Source: Desulfobacterales bacterium | GTDB taxonomy: Bacteria > Desulfobacterota > Desulfobacteria > Desulfobacterales > UBA2174 | NCBI GenBank assembly: GCA_963668645.2 | Contig: CAXXWC010000002.1 | Location: forward strand, 1-64,000 | Reading direction: 5' to 3' | DNA: 64,000 bases | Shown: one piece after another, positions 1-9,720 of the stretch | Position numbering within the stretch: the first letter of the stretch is position 1 | How the letters are laid out: the number at the start of each line of letters is the position of its first letter | Notes under the pieces: model-generated | Seen by the model: only the letters and a program-made list of their open reading frames with translations | Told to the model about the DNA's origin: nothing | Database searches by the model: none | Made by a program: the position numbers and the translations under genes

Positions 1-984
1 TCGGCCGGCAATCATGCCCAGGGAGTGGCCCTGGCGGCGCACCAGGCCGGCCTGCCGGCGCTCGTCGTGATGCCCGCCTGGGCTTCGATCAGCAAACAGC
101 AGGCCACCGCGGCTTACGGCGGCCAGGTGATGATTCACGGCCAGTCCGTCGGTGAATGTCTCGAGAAGGCGCTTGAGCTGGCCGGCCAGGGGCGCACCTT
201 CATCCATCCCTTCGACGATCCGGCCGTGATTGCCGGTCAGGCAACGGTGGGGTTAGAGATCCTCAAGGACCTTCCCAACGCCGATCAGATTCTCGTGCCG
301 GTGGGCGGCGGCGGTCTGGCCGCCGGGATCGCCGTTGCCGTGCAGGCGCTGCGGCCCGCGTGCCGGGTCGTGGGGGTCCAGGCGGCAGTCTGCCCGTCGA
401 TGAACGCCTCGCTGGCCGCCGGGGCGGTCACCACGGTGGCGGGCACCGGCTCCATCGCCGACGGGATCAACGTCAAAACTCCCGGCCGGCACACCTTCGA
501 AATCCTGCGCCACGCCGTCGAGCGGGTGGTTCTGGTGGCCGAGGACGAAATCGCCGCGGCGATCCTGATGCTCCTGGAACGCAAGAAGATCCTGGCCGAA
601 GGAGCCGGTGCCACCCCCCTGGCGGCCCTGCTATCAGGACAGATCGCCTGCGCACCGGGACGCAAAACCGTGCTGGTGATCAGCGGCGGCAACGTGGACA
701 GTCCCCTTCTGGGGCGCATCATCGGCAAGGGATTGATGCGCGGCGGCAGGGTGCTGCGCCTGCGGGTGGTCCTCGACGACGTGCCCGGATCCCTGGCCGC
801 GCTGCTCGGGCATGTGGCCCGCACCGGCGCCAATGTGCTTCATATTCACCACGACCGGGGATTGCGCCAGCTGCCCATCGATTCGAGCCGCGTTACTCTG
901 GAACTGGAAACCCGCAACGCCGATCACGGCCGCCAAATCGTGCACGACCTGGAACAGAGCCGGTACCGCATGATATCCGATTGA
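1..984 (+). CDS. ilvA: Threonine ammonia-lyase (PLP-dependent, C-terminal ACT domain), 5' part outside window
   Basis: Frame 1 opens with SAGNHAQGVA; motifs HPFDD, VPVGGGGL, SGGN; ACT-like C-terminus (LDDVPGSLA...LELETRN). Confidence 0.9.
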   Translation, partial: SAGNHAQGVALAAHQAGLPALVVMPAWASISKQQATAAYGGQVMIHGQSVGECLEKALELAGQGRTFIHPFDDPAVIAGQATVGLEILKDLPNADQILVPVGGGGLAAGIAVAVQALRPACRVVGVQAAVCPSMNASLAAGAVTTVAGTGSIADGINVKTPGRHTFEILRHAVERVVLVAEDEIAAAILMLLERKKILAEGAGATPLAALLSGQIACAPGRKTVLVISGGNVDSPLLGRIIGKGLMRGGRVLRLRVVLDDVPGSLAALLGHVARTGANVLHIHHDRGLRQLPIDSSRVTLELETRNADHGRQIVHDLEQSRYRMISD

Positions 985-1084
985 ACCGCCTCCCGGCCAT
1001 CCTGCCGTTGAATCCCACCGGTCCCCCGGCATGCCGCTACCGCCCCGATGGGACCTGACAGCGTTACCTCCCACGTCGCTTGAA

Positions 1085-1490
1085 ATAGCCACCAGGACCG
1101 GCACACCACCGCAGAGAGGCGAATATTCATTCAAGATCAGACTCGGCAAGTGATGAAAAACATCCAGTATCTTGGGCATTTATGCCGAAGATGCAGGAAA
1201 TCGGCGCCGGGCTGATCCAGAAGGCCCTGGTGGTCGTCGACACTTACGATGGAGCCCTGGAGGAAAGTGGCGATCTCATCGTGCCCATTGAGGCCGGCAT
1301 CTACAGCAAGGCACGCATCCATGCCGATCTGGCCCAGATCATCGTCGGCCAGAAGCAGGGCCGCCGCGATCTGGAGCAGATCACTCTTTTCGAATCGGTG
1401 GGGGCTTCGTTCGAGGATCTGGTGACCGGTGAACTTGCCTATCGCCGGGCTTGCGAGGCCGGCGCCGGCCTGAACTTCGATTTTCACTGA
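1085..1490 (+). pseudogene. C-terminal fragment of an ornithine cyclodeaminase / mu-crystallin family gene
   Basis: ORF 1182-1490 carries VVVD...EESGDL...GRRDLEQITLFESVGASFED, typical of the OCD C-terminus; upstream sequence has in-frame stops and no room for the N-terminal part. Confidence 0.7.
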
Positions 1491-3189
1491 GCCGGGCGGC
1501 GCTCCGTTGCGGCAGATGGGTGGCAAGGCGCTGCCGGCCGAAACGCATCGGCAGAAACAGGGCCGCCAGGCACAAAGCCAGGGCCAGACCGAAGGCTGCT
1601 GCGGTCCAGACGATGAGGCCGCCGCTCAAGGGGCGATCTTTCAGACCGGCCATGAAGATATGATACACCGGGCCGGCCTGGAGCAGAATCACCAGCCCGA
1701 TAAAACCCGCCGAGAGGATCATGAAAAGCACCCCGCCGAAGCTGGTCACGGTCTGAGCCGGATTTTCCGAAGTGAAATCCGGATAGGCGGCCCCCAGTCC
1801 GACCCCCAAGGCCACGATGCCCGGAGTCATCAGAAGCAGCGACACGGTGGAAAGCCCCATCATGAAAGGTGTGACGTGCAGCAGCAGGTTGGTGGTCACC
1901 ACCAGGATTTCGGTCAGCACCAGCAGGGGCAGCAGGTAGATGGTGAATTTGATCCACAGAAAGGTGGAAATGGAAATGGGTGCCGCGCGCACGATCCAGA
2001 AGGCATCTCCCTCGATGCTCACCGAGGGAAAGGCGAAGCGGGCCGTGACCGCCGTGAGTACGAAGGCCGCCAGCCCCATGTTGAGAAAAGAGAACAGGTT
2101 CTGCAGGTAGACGGTCTTGATGGGGGCTTTTTCCAGCGGCAGCACGTGAAAATTGTACAGATAGACAACCACCAGGGCGGCGAGCAGGAAGAGCTGGCTC
2201 CACTGGGTCTGGTCGCGCCAGAAGGTCCTGATCTCCTTGATCGCAAAGGCCCGGGCCGGCCCCTTCAGGGGGGCTAAAAGCCGCCGCAGGACATCGCCGC
2301 TGCTGGTAAAGAGGCGAACCATGGCCGCCTGGGTTTTTGAAAAACCGCGAAAGTAGAGGCTGCGTGCCGCGCCCAGGGCCAGGCACAGGGCCGCACCGGC
2401 TCCGGAAAAGGCCAGGGCGTCGTGGAAAAGGGACGATGCCACACGCCCCTGCAAGGCCGCCTGGAGGCTGTCGAAGGCCCAGGTGCTCGGCAGCAGGGGA
2501 GAGGCCGGCGTGCTCATCTGCTGCAGGTACCCGAGCACCGTGGCGAAGGCCTCAGGATCCACCAGCCGTTCGGGCCGCAGCAGGCGGAAGGTGACATAGA
2601 GCCCGATGAGTGCCGCCAGACCGAGAAAGACGAAGATGCTGCGTACCCGGTTGGCCGGCAGCAAAACGACCGCCACGACCACCAGCAGGGCGCTTACGGC
2701 CGAGGCCGTGACACAGATGGGCGCCAGCACCAGGACGATGTTCAGGTAGTAGAATGCGCCGGCCCGGAACACGATCCCATAGGCGATCAAGACGGGGAAG
2801 GTGTAAACCAGCACCATCCAGGCGCTGTCAAAGGTGCTTTCGATCCAACGGGCCGTAAAAACGGTCCGGCTGGGCACCGGCAGGCTGTGGACCAAGTTGA
2901 GGTCCCGGCTCAGGTAAAGCTTGCTCAGGTTGGTGAGGATGGCGCTGAACACCAGCAGGCAAAAGAAGGTCAACAGCACCATGGAAAGAAGCTTGTAAGC
3001 CAGAATCTCGCCGAAATCTTCCACCGAGCGAAAATAGCGCAGCACCCGGTGGGTCACAGCGAAGATGCCCACCCAGAAACCGGCTCCCACCAGCGCGAAG
3101 AGCCATAGTTTCAGGCGGTTTCCCGCCTCGTGGCTGCGGTGCTTAAAAGCGAGCAGGCGCGGGCGGATCAGCGCGAAGAGCCGTTTCAC
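1381..3189 (-). CDS. Putative ABC-2 type transporter permease (large multi-TM)
   Basis: About 12-14 hydrophobic segments, KE-x-R/K-x-F-x-RD motif, directly downstream of an ABC ATPase. Confidence 0.8.
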   Translation of the reverse strand: MKRLFALIRPRLLAFKHRSHEAGNRLKLWLFALVGAGFWVGIFAVTHRVLRYFRSVEDFGEILAYKLLSMVLLTFFCLLVFSAILTNLSKLYLSRDLNLVHSLPVPSRTVFTARWIESTFDSAWMVLVYTFPVLIAYGIVFRAGAFYYLNIVLVLAPICVTASAVSALLVVVAVVLLPANRVRSIFVFLGLAALIGLYVTFRLLRPERLVDPEAFATVLGYLQQMSTPASPLLPSTWAFDSLQAALQGRVASSLFHDALAFSGAGAALCLALGAARSLYFRGFSKTQAAMVRLFTSSGDVLRRLLAPLKGPARAFAIKEIRTFWRDQTQWSQLFLLAALVVVYLYNFHVLPLEKAPIKTVYLQNLFSFLNMGLAAFVLTAVTARFAFPSVSIEGDAFWIVRAAPISISTFLWIKFTIYLLPLLVLTEILVVTTNLLLHVTPFMMGLSTVSLLLMTPGIVALGVGLGAAYPDFTSENPAQTVTSFGGVLFMILSAGFIGLVILLQAGPVYHIFMAGLKDRPLSGGLIVWTAAAFGLALALCLAALFLPMRFGRQRLATHLPQRSAARLSENRSSGRRRPRKPGDRQVHRSPDPRTKPPPIRKE

Positions 3190-3919
3190 GGTCGTTTTCC
3201 TCTTGGGTTAATGCTAGAAAGGCGGATTCAAGATCGGCGTCCCCCACCCGGGCGGCCTGTTTGAGCTGGGCGATGTTGCCGGTGGCCACCAGGCGTCCCT
3301 GGTGGATGATGCCGATGCGGTCGCAAAGGTCTTCGGCCAGCTTGAGGGTGTGGGTCGACATGAAGATCGCAACCCCCTCGCGGGCCAGCCCGCGAAACAG
3401 CTCCCGCACCATTTTGATGCCCCGCGGATCCAGGCCCACCATCGGTTCGTCCACGATGACCACCGGCGGCCGGTGCAGCAGGGCTGCGGCGAAGATCAGC
3501 CGCTGGCGCATGCCGTGAGAGTAGGCCTCGATCAGTTCGTCGCCCCGCTGCTCCAGATGAAAGAGTTTCAGGACGGCCTCGGACCGTTCGGCAAATTCGC
3601 CCGGCGGGACCTCGTAAAGATCGGCGGTGAAGCGTAAAAATTCTCTTCCGGTCAGTTTTTCGTAGAGAAAAGGACGGTCCGGAACCAGACCGATGCGCCC
3701 CTTGGCTGCTTCGGGATCGACGCAAATATCGATCCCGTCGATCAGCACCGTCCCGGAGCTGGGGGCCAGCAGACCGCCCATCATGCGGATGGTGGTGGTT
3801 TTGCCGGCTCCGTTGGGACCGATGAAGCCGAAAATCTCCCCGGCCGGCACCTTCAGATCGACGTGGTCGACCACCGTGGTGCGGTGGTAGCTTTTGGTAA
3901 GGCGTCGCAGTTCGATCAT
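3143..3919 (-). CDS. ABC transporter ATP-binding protein
   Basis: Walker A GPNGAGKTT, signature YSHGMRQR, Walker B VIVDEP; start MIELRRL at 3919 overlaps the upstream stop. Confidence 0.95.
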   Translation of the reverse strand: MIELRRLTKSYHRTTVVDHVDLKVPAGEIFGFIGPNGAGKTTTIRMMGGLLAPSSGTVLIDGIDICVDPEAAKGRIGLVPDRPFLYEKLTGREFLRFTADLYEVPPGEFAERSEAVLKLFHLEQRGDELIEAYSHGMRQRLIFAAALLHRPPVVIVDEPMVGLDPRGIKMVRELFRGLAREGVAIFMSTHTLKLAEDLCDRIGIIHQGRLVATGNIAQLKQAARVGDADLESAFLALTQEENDRETALRADPPAPARF

Positions 3920-5343
3920 CACTCGATGACCTCCAACCGGATCTTGCCGATCATACCCATCAGATCGACGGCCTGGTCCGGCTCGCCGCCGGCCAGCCGG
4001 ATGTGGGTCACATCGGCGGGTATCTGGTTCATCACGGCGTCCACCGTGATCCAACGGTTCAGCCAGACGCTGTTCCAGGCGTGGTAGTAGAAGGCGCCGT
4101 GCTGGTAGACCAGCCCGGCTTCGACACGGGTCGGGATCCCGGCGGCCCGGGCCAGGGCCGCCAGCAGCACGGCGTGCTCGTTGCAGTCGCCCATGCGCCG
4201 TTCGAGCACCTCCAGGGCGTTGGGGATGGAAACCACCGGGCGCTTCTTGAGATTTTTATGCACCCAGGCGACCAGGCGCTGCACCTTTTGGCCCGGTCGC
4301 TGCGCATCCGCCACGATAGTCTCGGCGGTTTGCCGCATTCTGGGGTCGTCGCTTTGGATCAGGACCGAGGCTTGAAGATGGCTCTTTTGGCCGGTGATAT
4401 CGAGAACCGGTGGATCCGGCAGGCTTTCGCGTTCGATGGTGAGCAGGCCGCCTGCATACTGCTGCCGGCCCCCGTCAAGGCGGGCCGGATCTTCGAGTCC
4501 CGAGATCCGCAGGCGAAGGCGCGCCAGCGTTTCCGGGGCTTCGATGGGGGCCTTGATCGCTACGGCCGCCAGGCCGGTCAGATCGGCGGCCGGCGCTGCA
4601 TCCAGGTCGGCCAGGGCCTCTTGGCGGGTGGTGCGGCGCAGTTCGATGCCCATCAACCCCTTTTCCCGCACCACCCGGCCCTGGGCATCCATCCATGCCA
4701 GGCCGGCTGCACCGGCAAATTCGATGCGCAGTTTCTGGACCGGGGTGGGCCGGCCCATGACCTCGATGGTTTCATCTGCCACCGGGGTAACCGTCACGGG
4801 ACGCCGGCTCAAGGTGGTGGGATCGAAAACCGGGAAGGTGCGGGGGCCGCTGAACCGCATGCCGTGGAGGATTCCCGAAGCGAGGTAGACCGGGCCGTCC
4901 AGGGGGATTTCGGAGGTCTGCGGCCCGACGGTGACCCGCAGGATCCCGGCTTCGACCGTGCCGTGGGCCTGGAAGGCGAACATGTCCGATTCCAGCCGGA
5001 AATCGAAGGCCGCCAGGCTCATGTCACGGCGCAACTCGCCGCTGGTCTGCATGTGCACGTCCTGCACGCTGCCCATTGCGTTGATGCGCATGAAGGTCTC
5101 TTCGCTGAGACGAAACCCGCGCGGTGCAGGCTGAAAACGGCGGTGGGAAAAACCGATTTTGGCGCCTCCCTGATAGATGCTCATCCAGCCTTCCTCGGCC
5201 GCCGCCGTGCGCGGTTCGGCCTGGAGGATCCGGTCGACCCGGTGGATCGGGTTCAGGCGCAGGGCCAGGAGCACGGCGAAAAGCAGCACGACGGCGCTGG
5301 CGGCAAGCCAAAAGTACGGTATGCGGTGTGGTCTGCGGGGCAT
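3919..5343 (-). CDS. Membrane-anchored transglutaminase-like domain protein
   Basis: N-terminal TM helix; GDCNEHAVLLAALARAAGIPTR...HAW...VD Cys-His-Asp triad; start uncertain. Confidence 0.85.
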   Translation of the reverse strand: MPRRPHRIPYFWLAASAVVLLFAVLLALRLNPIHRVDRILQAEPRTAAAEEGWMSIYQGGAKIGFSHRRFQPAPRGFRLSEETFMRINAMGSVQDVHMQTSGELRRDMSLAAFDFRLESDMFAFQAHGTVEAGILRVTVGPQTSEIPLDGPVYLASGILHGMRFSGPRTFPVFDPTTLSRRPVTVTPVADETIEVMGRPTPVQKLRIEFAGAAGLAWMDAQGRVVREKGLMGIELRRTTRQEALADLDAAPAADLTGLAAVAIKAPIEAPETLARLRLRISGLEDPARLDGGRQQYAGGLLTIERESLPDPPVLDITGQKSHLQASVLIQSDDPRMRQTAETIVADAQRPGQKVQRLVAWVHKNLKKRPVVSIPNALEVLERRMGDCNEHAVLLAALARAAGIPTRVEAGLVYQHGAFYYHAWNSVWLNRWITVDAVMNQIPADVTHIRLAGGEPDQAVDLMGMIGKIRLEVIE

Positions 5344-5501
5344 TGAACGGCGTTGGAGCATGCGCAAGATGCGCGTTTGCGGTGGATGCCAAGGGGGAGG
5401 CAGCCCCTGAAAATGACGGCTCCCGCCCCGGCAGTGGGTGCAGCGCCGATCCATTCCGAACCGGGTGCGGAAAAAAACGCTGCCCGGTGCCGGGGAACCT
5501 T

Positions 5502-6134
5502 TTATCCCGGCTGCACGTCCTGTGCACAAGCGCCCACAACGAGGTTTCGACCGGCCGTCTGGAAGCGTTGGGCCAGGTCCGGGTCGCGGCGCACGGCCCC
5601 GCGGTCGAAAAACGGCTGGACCGCCAGCTTGTCGACCACCTTAAAACCCAGCGCCTCCAGGGGCAGTTGCATCGCTTCGAGTGCAAAGCCCACGTCGGCG
5701 GGGTCCGGCTGCTCGGCCACGGTAACCACCAGGGCCGTGCGCGAGCGGCCCGCGAGGCGGCTTGTCCAGCGCCGCGGTCGATGGTCGCTGAAATCGTAGT
5801 AGCAGTATAAACGGTCGATAAACGCCTTCATCCAGGCCGTCACGTTGTAGTGGTGGGTGGGTGAGGCCAGCACCAGGGCCGCGGCTGCCTCGATCTGCGG
5901 ATAGAGCAGTTGCATGGCATCGTACTGGCCGGTGCAGATCTTGTCCCTGCGGCAGCGTTCGCAGCCGGTGCAGGGCTGCACCTGGTATTGGCGCAACTGG
6001 ATGGTGGTGGCGACCCCGCCCGCCGCTGCGACCCCCTGGCCGATCCATTCGAGCAGGATATCGGTGTTGCCGTGTTGGCGGGGGCTGGCGCCGATGGCCA
6101 GCACCCGCTTGGGGGAGGAAAGCGAGCCGTTCAT
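5502..6134 (-). CDS. Flavodoxin family / iron-sulfur flavoprotein (NADPH-dependent FMN reductase fold)
   Basis: ASPRQHGNT FMN loop, CTGCERC...C cluster motif, SPTH...KAFIDR. Confidence 0.85.
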   Translation of the reverse strand: MNGSLSSPKRVLAIGASPRQHGNTDILLEWIGQGVAAAGGVATTIQLRQYQVQPCTGCERCRRDKICTGQYDAMQLLYPQIEAAAALVLASPTHHYNVTAWMKAFIDRLYCYYDFSDHRPRRWTSRLAGRSRTALVVTVAEQPDPADVGFALEAMQLPLEALGFKVVDKLAVQPFFDRGAVRRDPDLAQRFQTAGRNLVVGACAQDVQPG

Positions 6135-6649
6135 TCGAAGCCTCCGTCTGCTTCAAGATCGACGAACTGCACATCGATGCCGGCCTCTGAAACGGTGAGC
6201 AGGGCCACCGAGGCGCTTGCACCGCCGCGGGGCATCGAAGCGCTGCCCGGATTGAGAAAGAGGATCCCGTTGTGCTGTTGCATCTCGGGCCGGTGGGTGT
6301 GGCCGCTGATGACCACGCCGAAGCCCGCCGCCACTGGATCGAGATCCATATCATAAAGAATATGGCGCAGATAAATGTCGACCCGGCCGCAGCTGATCGT
6401 TTCGGCGACCGGCAGCCCCCTGGCCCAGTTGCCGCGATCCATGTTGCCGCGCACCGCCGCCACCGGTGCGATGTGGCGCAATCGGGTCAGAACTTCCGGG
6501 GTATCGAGGTCTCCGGCGTGCAAAATCAGGTCGAGCCCGGTAAAGGCCGCGGCCGCAGCGTCCGGAAGGTGGCCGTGGGTATCGGAGATGACGCCGATGC
6601 GCCGGGTGGAGGCGGCGTCCTCGGCAGGGGGCAGGGGAGGGCTGGGCAT
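6131..6649 (-). CDS. YfcE-family metallophosphoesterase
   Basis: SDTH, HAGD, GNMD, GHTH and NPGS motifs. Confidence 0.9.
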   Translation of the reverse strand: MPSPPLPPAEDAASTRRIGVISDTHGHLPDAAAAAFTGLDLILHAGDLDTPEVLTRLRHIAPVAAVRGNMDRGNWARGLPVAETISCGRVDIYLRHILYDMDLDPVAAGFGVVISGHTHRPEMQQHNGILFLNPGSASMPRGGASASVALLTVSEAGIDVQFVDLEADGGFE

Positions 6650-6696
6650 GGGATCTCGCTCTTTGCAATCGATATTCTGATAAAAGTCCTAATATC

Positions 6697-7836
6697 CTAA
6701 TATAGGTCGTAACGGGCCAGACGGCCGTCGAGGCCTCCGCTGGGCAGGGGCTTTTTCCATGCCGGGCGAAGTCCGATGTGTTTGATAAAACTCCGGTCTC
6801 CAAAATAGATCAAGACGGTGGACCCCTTGCAGCGCTGTTTGAAAAAATCGCCCAGGCGGCGGTACCAGTCCCCCAGGTCGATGCTCCGCGCCAGGCGGAT
6901 GCCGTAGGGCGGGTTGCAGAGGATCACGCAGTCTTCCATTTTCGGCCAATCGAAAATATCCCGCTTTTGCACCGCCACATCCCTTCCGTGGGGCAGGCGG
7001 GACAGATTGGCACGGGCCATGGCCACGGCCTGTGGATCACGATCGGCCGCCTGAATCCGGCCCCGAGGCAAGGGGCACACCAGGCGGTCCGCCTGGCGCT
7101 TGACCTCGGACCAGAGCCAGTTATCATAGTCGGGCAGAAATGCAAAACCGAACCTTCGGCGCCGGTAGCCGGGCGGAATGCGGCAGGCCGTCATCAACGC
7201 CTCGCAGCTCAGGGTCCCACTGCCGCAAAGCGGATCGATCAGGCGCCGCTCGCCCATCCAACCCGAGGCCCGCACCATGGCGGCGGCCAGGGTCTCCTGA
7301 ATCGGTGCTTCCATCTTCAGGCGCCGGTAACCGCGCCGGTGCAAGGAGCCGCCCGAGGTATCGAGACTCACCGTGGCCCTCTGGCCGTCCACGTGCAAAC
7401 CGATCCACAGATCCGGATTTTTCGGGTCGACGTCGGGCCGGCGCCCGAACCGGTCCCGGAAGCGGTCCGCCACAGCGTCCTTGAGCCGCAAAGCGGCGAA
7501 TCCCGAATGGCGAAAGGCATCCGAGCGAACGTTGGCAAAGACGGCGAAGGTCTGCTGGAGGTTGAAAATCTTTTCCCAGGGCAGAATCCTGGACTGATCG
7601 TAGAGATCCTGGGGGCCGCCGCAGTCGAATTCAACCAGGGGGGCCAGAACCCGGGAAACCAGTCGAGCCTGGTAGTTGATGCGATAGAGCCCTGCCTGGT
7701 CGGCCTCGAAATCCACCCCCCCGCCGGCGGGCCGGGTGCGGTGCGCACCGAGCTCTTTCAATTCGGTCTCGGCCAGGTCCACCAATCCGGGGTTGGCCTG
7801 GGCAAAATAGCGCTGGTGGCGCTGATATTCGAACAT
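6697..7836 (-). CDS. THUMP-domain SAM-dependent RNA methyltransferase (RlmL-like 23S rRNA m2G)
   Basis: LHRRGYR, ETLAAAM, DPLCGSGT, NPPYG. Confidence 0.88.
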   Translation of the reverse strand: MFEYQRHQRYFAQANPGLVDLAETELKELGAHRTRPAGGGVDFEADQAGLYRINYQARLVSRVLAPLVEFDCGGPQDLYDQSRILPWEKIFNLQQTFAVFANVRSDAFRHSGFAALRLKDAVADRFRDRFGRRPDVDPKNPDLWIGLHVDGQRATVSLDTSGGSLHRRGYRRLKMEAPIQETLAAAMVRASGWMGERRLIDPLCGSGTLSCEALMTACRIPPGYRRRRFGFAFLPDYDNWLWSEVKRQADRLVCPLPRGRIQAADRDPQAVAMARANLSRLPHGRDVAVQKRDIFDWPKMEDCVILCNPPYGIRLARSIDLGDWYRRLGDFFKQRCKGSTVLIYFGDRSFIKHIGLRPAWKKPLPSGGLDGRLARYDLY

Positions 7837-7970
7837 GCACGGTATCCTGATTATTGATCAGTAACTTTTAAAAAATCCCATAACAATTAAATATAGTTGG
7901 CTTTAAACCTTGGATCTACAGGCCGGTCTTAAGGCCGCCTGAACTAACGGCCCGATCAGCCGGCACATCC

Positions 7971-9683
7971 TCAGCTTCTCTGTTTGGTGCTGCGGCGCTT
8001 CGACCCCGTGAGAACCGATTTTTGCGCGACCCGGGCTTTGAGTTGCCGTTCGACGAAAAGCGGCTCCCCTGAGTCCGGATCCAGGCCCGTTGCGTACATC
8101 AAGGTGGCGCGGGTGCCCGGAGTGGGGGTGAAGATCTGAACCTGTTCGGGCCGCAGGCGCAAACCGTGCCGGGCGTAGTGCTGCAGCGCCTGCATGTCCT
8201 GGTGCCGGCAGCCCGGGTGCGCCGCCATGAAATAGTAGGTCAGAAAGCAGCGCCGGGCGCGGGCCGCCGCAGTTTGCCCGAAAAGCGCCACGAACCGCTC
8301 CAACGCTTCCACCGGGGGTTTTCCCATGCAACGCAGCACCTGCGGCACCACGTGTTCGGGAGCGATCTTGAGCTGGCCCGAGGCATGGTGGTTCACCACC
8401 TGGCGAAGATACGCCTCTCCGTTGCGCCTGTCGGCCAGTACCAGATCGTGGCGCAGGCCCGAGGCGACAAAGACATGGCGCATCTTGTCCACGGCGCGCA
8501 ACCGATCAAGAAGCGCTGCCTGGGGGCCGTGGTCCGTGTTCAGATGCCGGCAGACCTGCGGATAAAGACAGCTGGTGCGCCGGCAGATCCGGCCCGGGTC
8601 CGGCCGGGTGCAGCCCATGGCGTACATGTTGGCTGTGGGGCCGCCCACATCGCTGAGGATGCCGCGAAAATCCGCGTGCCGGGCCAGGCGCCGGGCTTCG
8701 GCCTCCAGGGAGGCCGGGCTGCGGCTGACGATCACCGGTCCCTGGTGTAGCGCGATGGCGCAAAAGGCGCAACCGCCGAAACAGCCCCGGTGGCTGACCA
8801 GGGAAAAGCGGATGGTGTCCAGGGCTTTTACCGGCCCGCAGGCCAATTCGCTCGGATGGGCCGCACATTCAAAATCCATTTCGTGCAGGGCGTCCAGATC
8901 GGCGGCGTCCAGGGGGAGCGGGGGAGGATTACAGACCAGGTAGCGCGTGTCCTGAAGCTGGCAGAGCCCTTTGCCGGAGCCCGGCGTGGCGTTGCGCCAG
9001 AAGCGTTTGAAGGCCCTGAGCAGCGCTGACGGGTCACCGGCCACCTCCTGGTGGGATGGCAGCGTGTCAAAACCCTCGGGCCGGGTGTGGCTTATGTAGC
9101 AGATCCCGGCAATGCCGGCCGGCGACCGTCCCGCCGCCAGGGCCCGTGCCAGGGCCACCACCGTGGCTTCGCCCATGCCGTAGACCAGGTAGTCGGCCCG
9201 GGCGTCGAAGAGGATCGATCGGCGCACCCGGTCGCTCCAGGCGTCGTAGTGGCTCACGCGCCGCAGGCTGGCCTCGATCCCGCCCAGCACGATGGGCCGT
9301 TGCCGGCTGCTCCAGCGCCGGATCAGGTTGGTATAGACGATCACGGCCCGATCCGGACGGCGGTCGTTGATCCCGCCGGCCGTGTAGTCGTCGTGACGGC
9401 GTTTGCGCATCCCGGCGGTGTAGTTGGCCACCATGGAATCGACGGCCCCGGCGCTGACGCCCCAGAACAGTTCCGGCTCGCCCAGGCGCATGATGTCGCG
9501 GCCGTCCCCGATAGAGGGCTGGGCGATGACGCCCACCCGGAGTCCTTCGGCGACCAACACTTTGCCGATGACCGCAACGCCCATCAGCGGGCTGTCGATA
9601 TAGGCGTCGCCCGTGACCAGCACGACATCCAGCGCGTGCCAGCCCAGGCGGAGGCATTCTTCTCGATTGGTGGGTAGAAACAT
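7971..9683 (-). CDS. ygiQ: YgiQ-family radical SAM protein (UPF0313)
   Basis: MFLPTNREE...GDAYID N-terminus; RGCFGGCAFC CxxxCxxC; DVGGPTANMY. Confidence 0.88.
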   Translation of the reverse strand: MFLPTNREECLRLGWHALDVVLVTGDAYIDSPLMGVAVIGKVLVAEGLRVGVIAQPSIGDGRDIMRLGEPELFWGVSAGAVDSMVANYTAGMRKRRHDDYTAGGINDRRPDRAVIVYTNLIRRWSSRQRPIVLGGIEASLRRVSHYDAWSDRVRRSILFDARADYLVYGMGEATVVALARALAAGRSPAGIAGICYISHTRPEGFDTLPSHQEVAGDPSALLRAFKRFWRNATPGSGKGLCQLQDTRYLVCNPPPLPLDAADLDALHEMDFECAAHPSELACGPVKALDTIRFSLVSHRGCFGGCAFCAIALHQGPVIVSRSPASLEAEARRLARHADFRGILSDVGGPTANMYAMGCTRPDPGRICRRTSCLYPQVCRHLNTDHGPQAALLDRLRAVDKMRHVFVASGLRHDLVLADRRNGEAYLRQVVNHHASGQLKIAPEHVVPQVLRCMGKPPVEALERFVALFGQTAAARARRCFLTYYFMAAHPGCRHQDMQALQHYARHGLRLRPEQVQIFTPTPGTRATLMYATGLDPDSGEPLFVERQLKARVAQKSVLTGSKRRSTKQRS

Positions 9684-9720
9684 CGGGGCGGGTCTCAGAT
9701 GCGGGAACGGGGCTTGGCGT

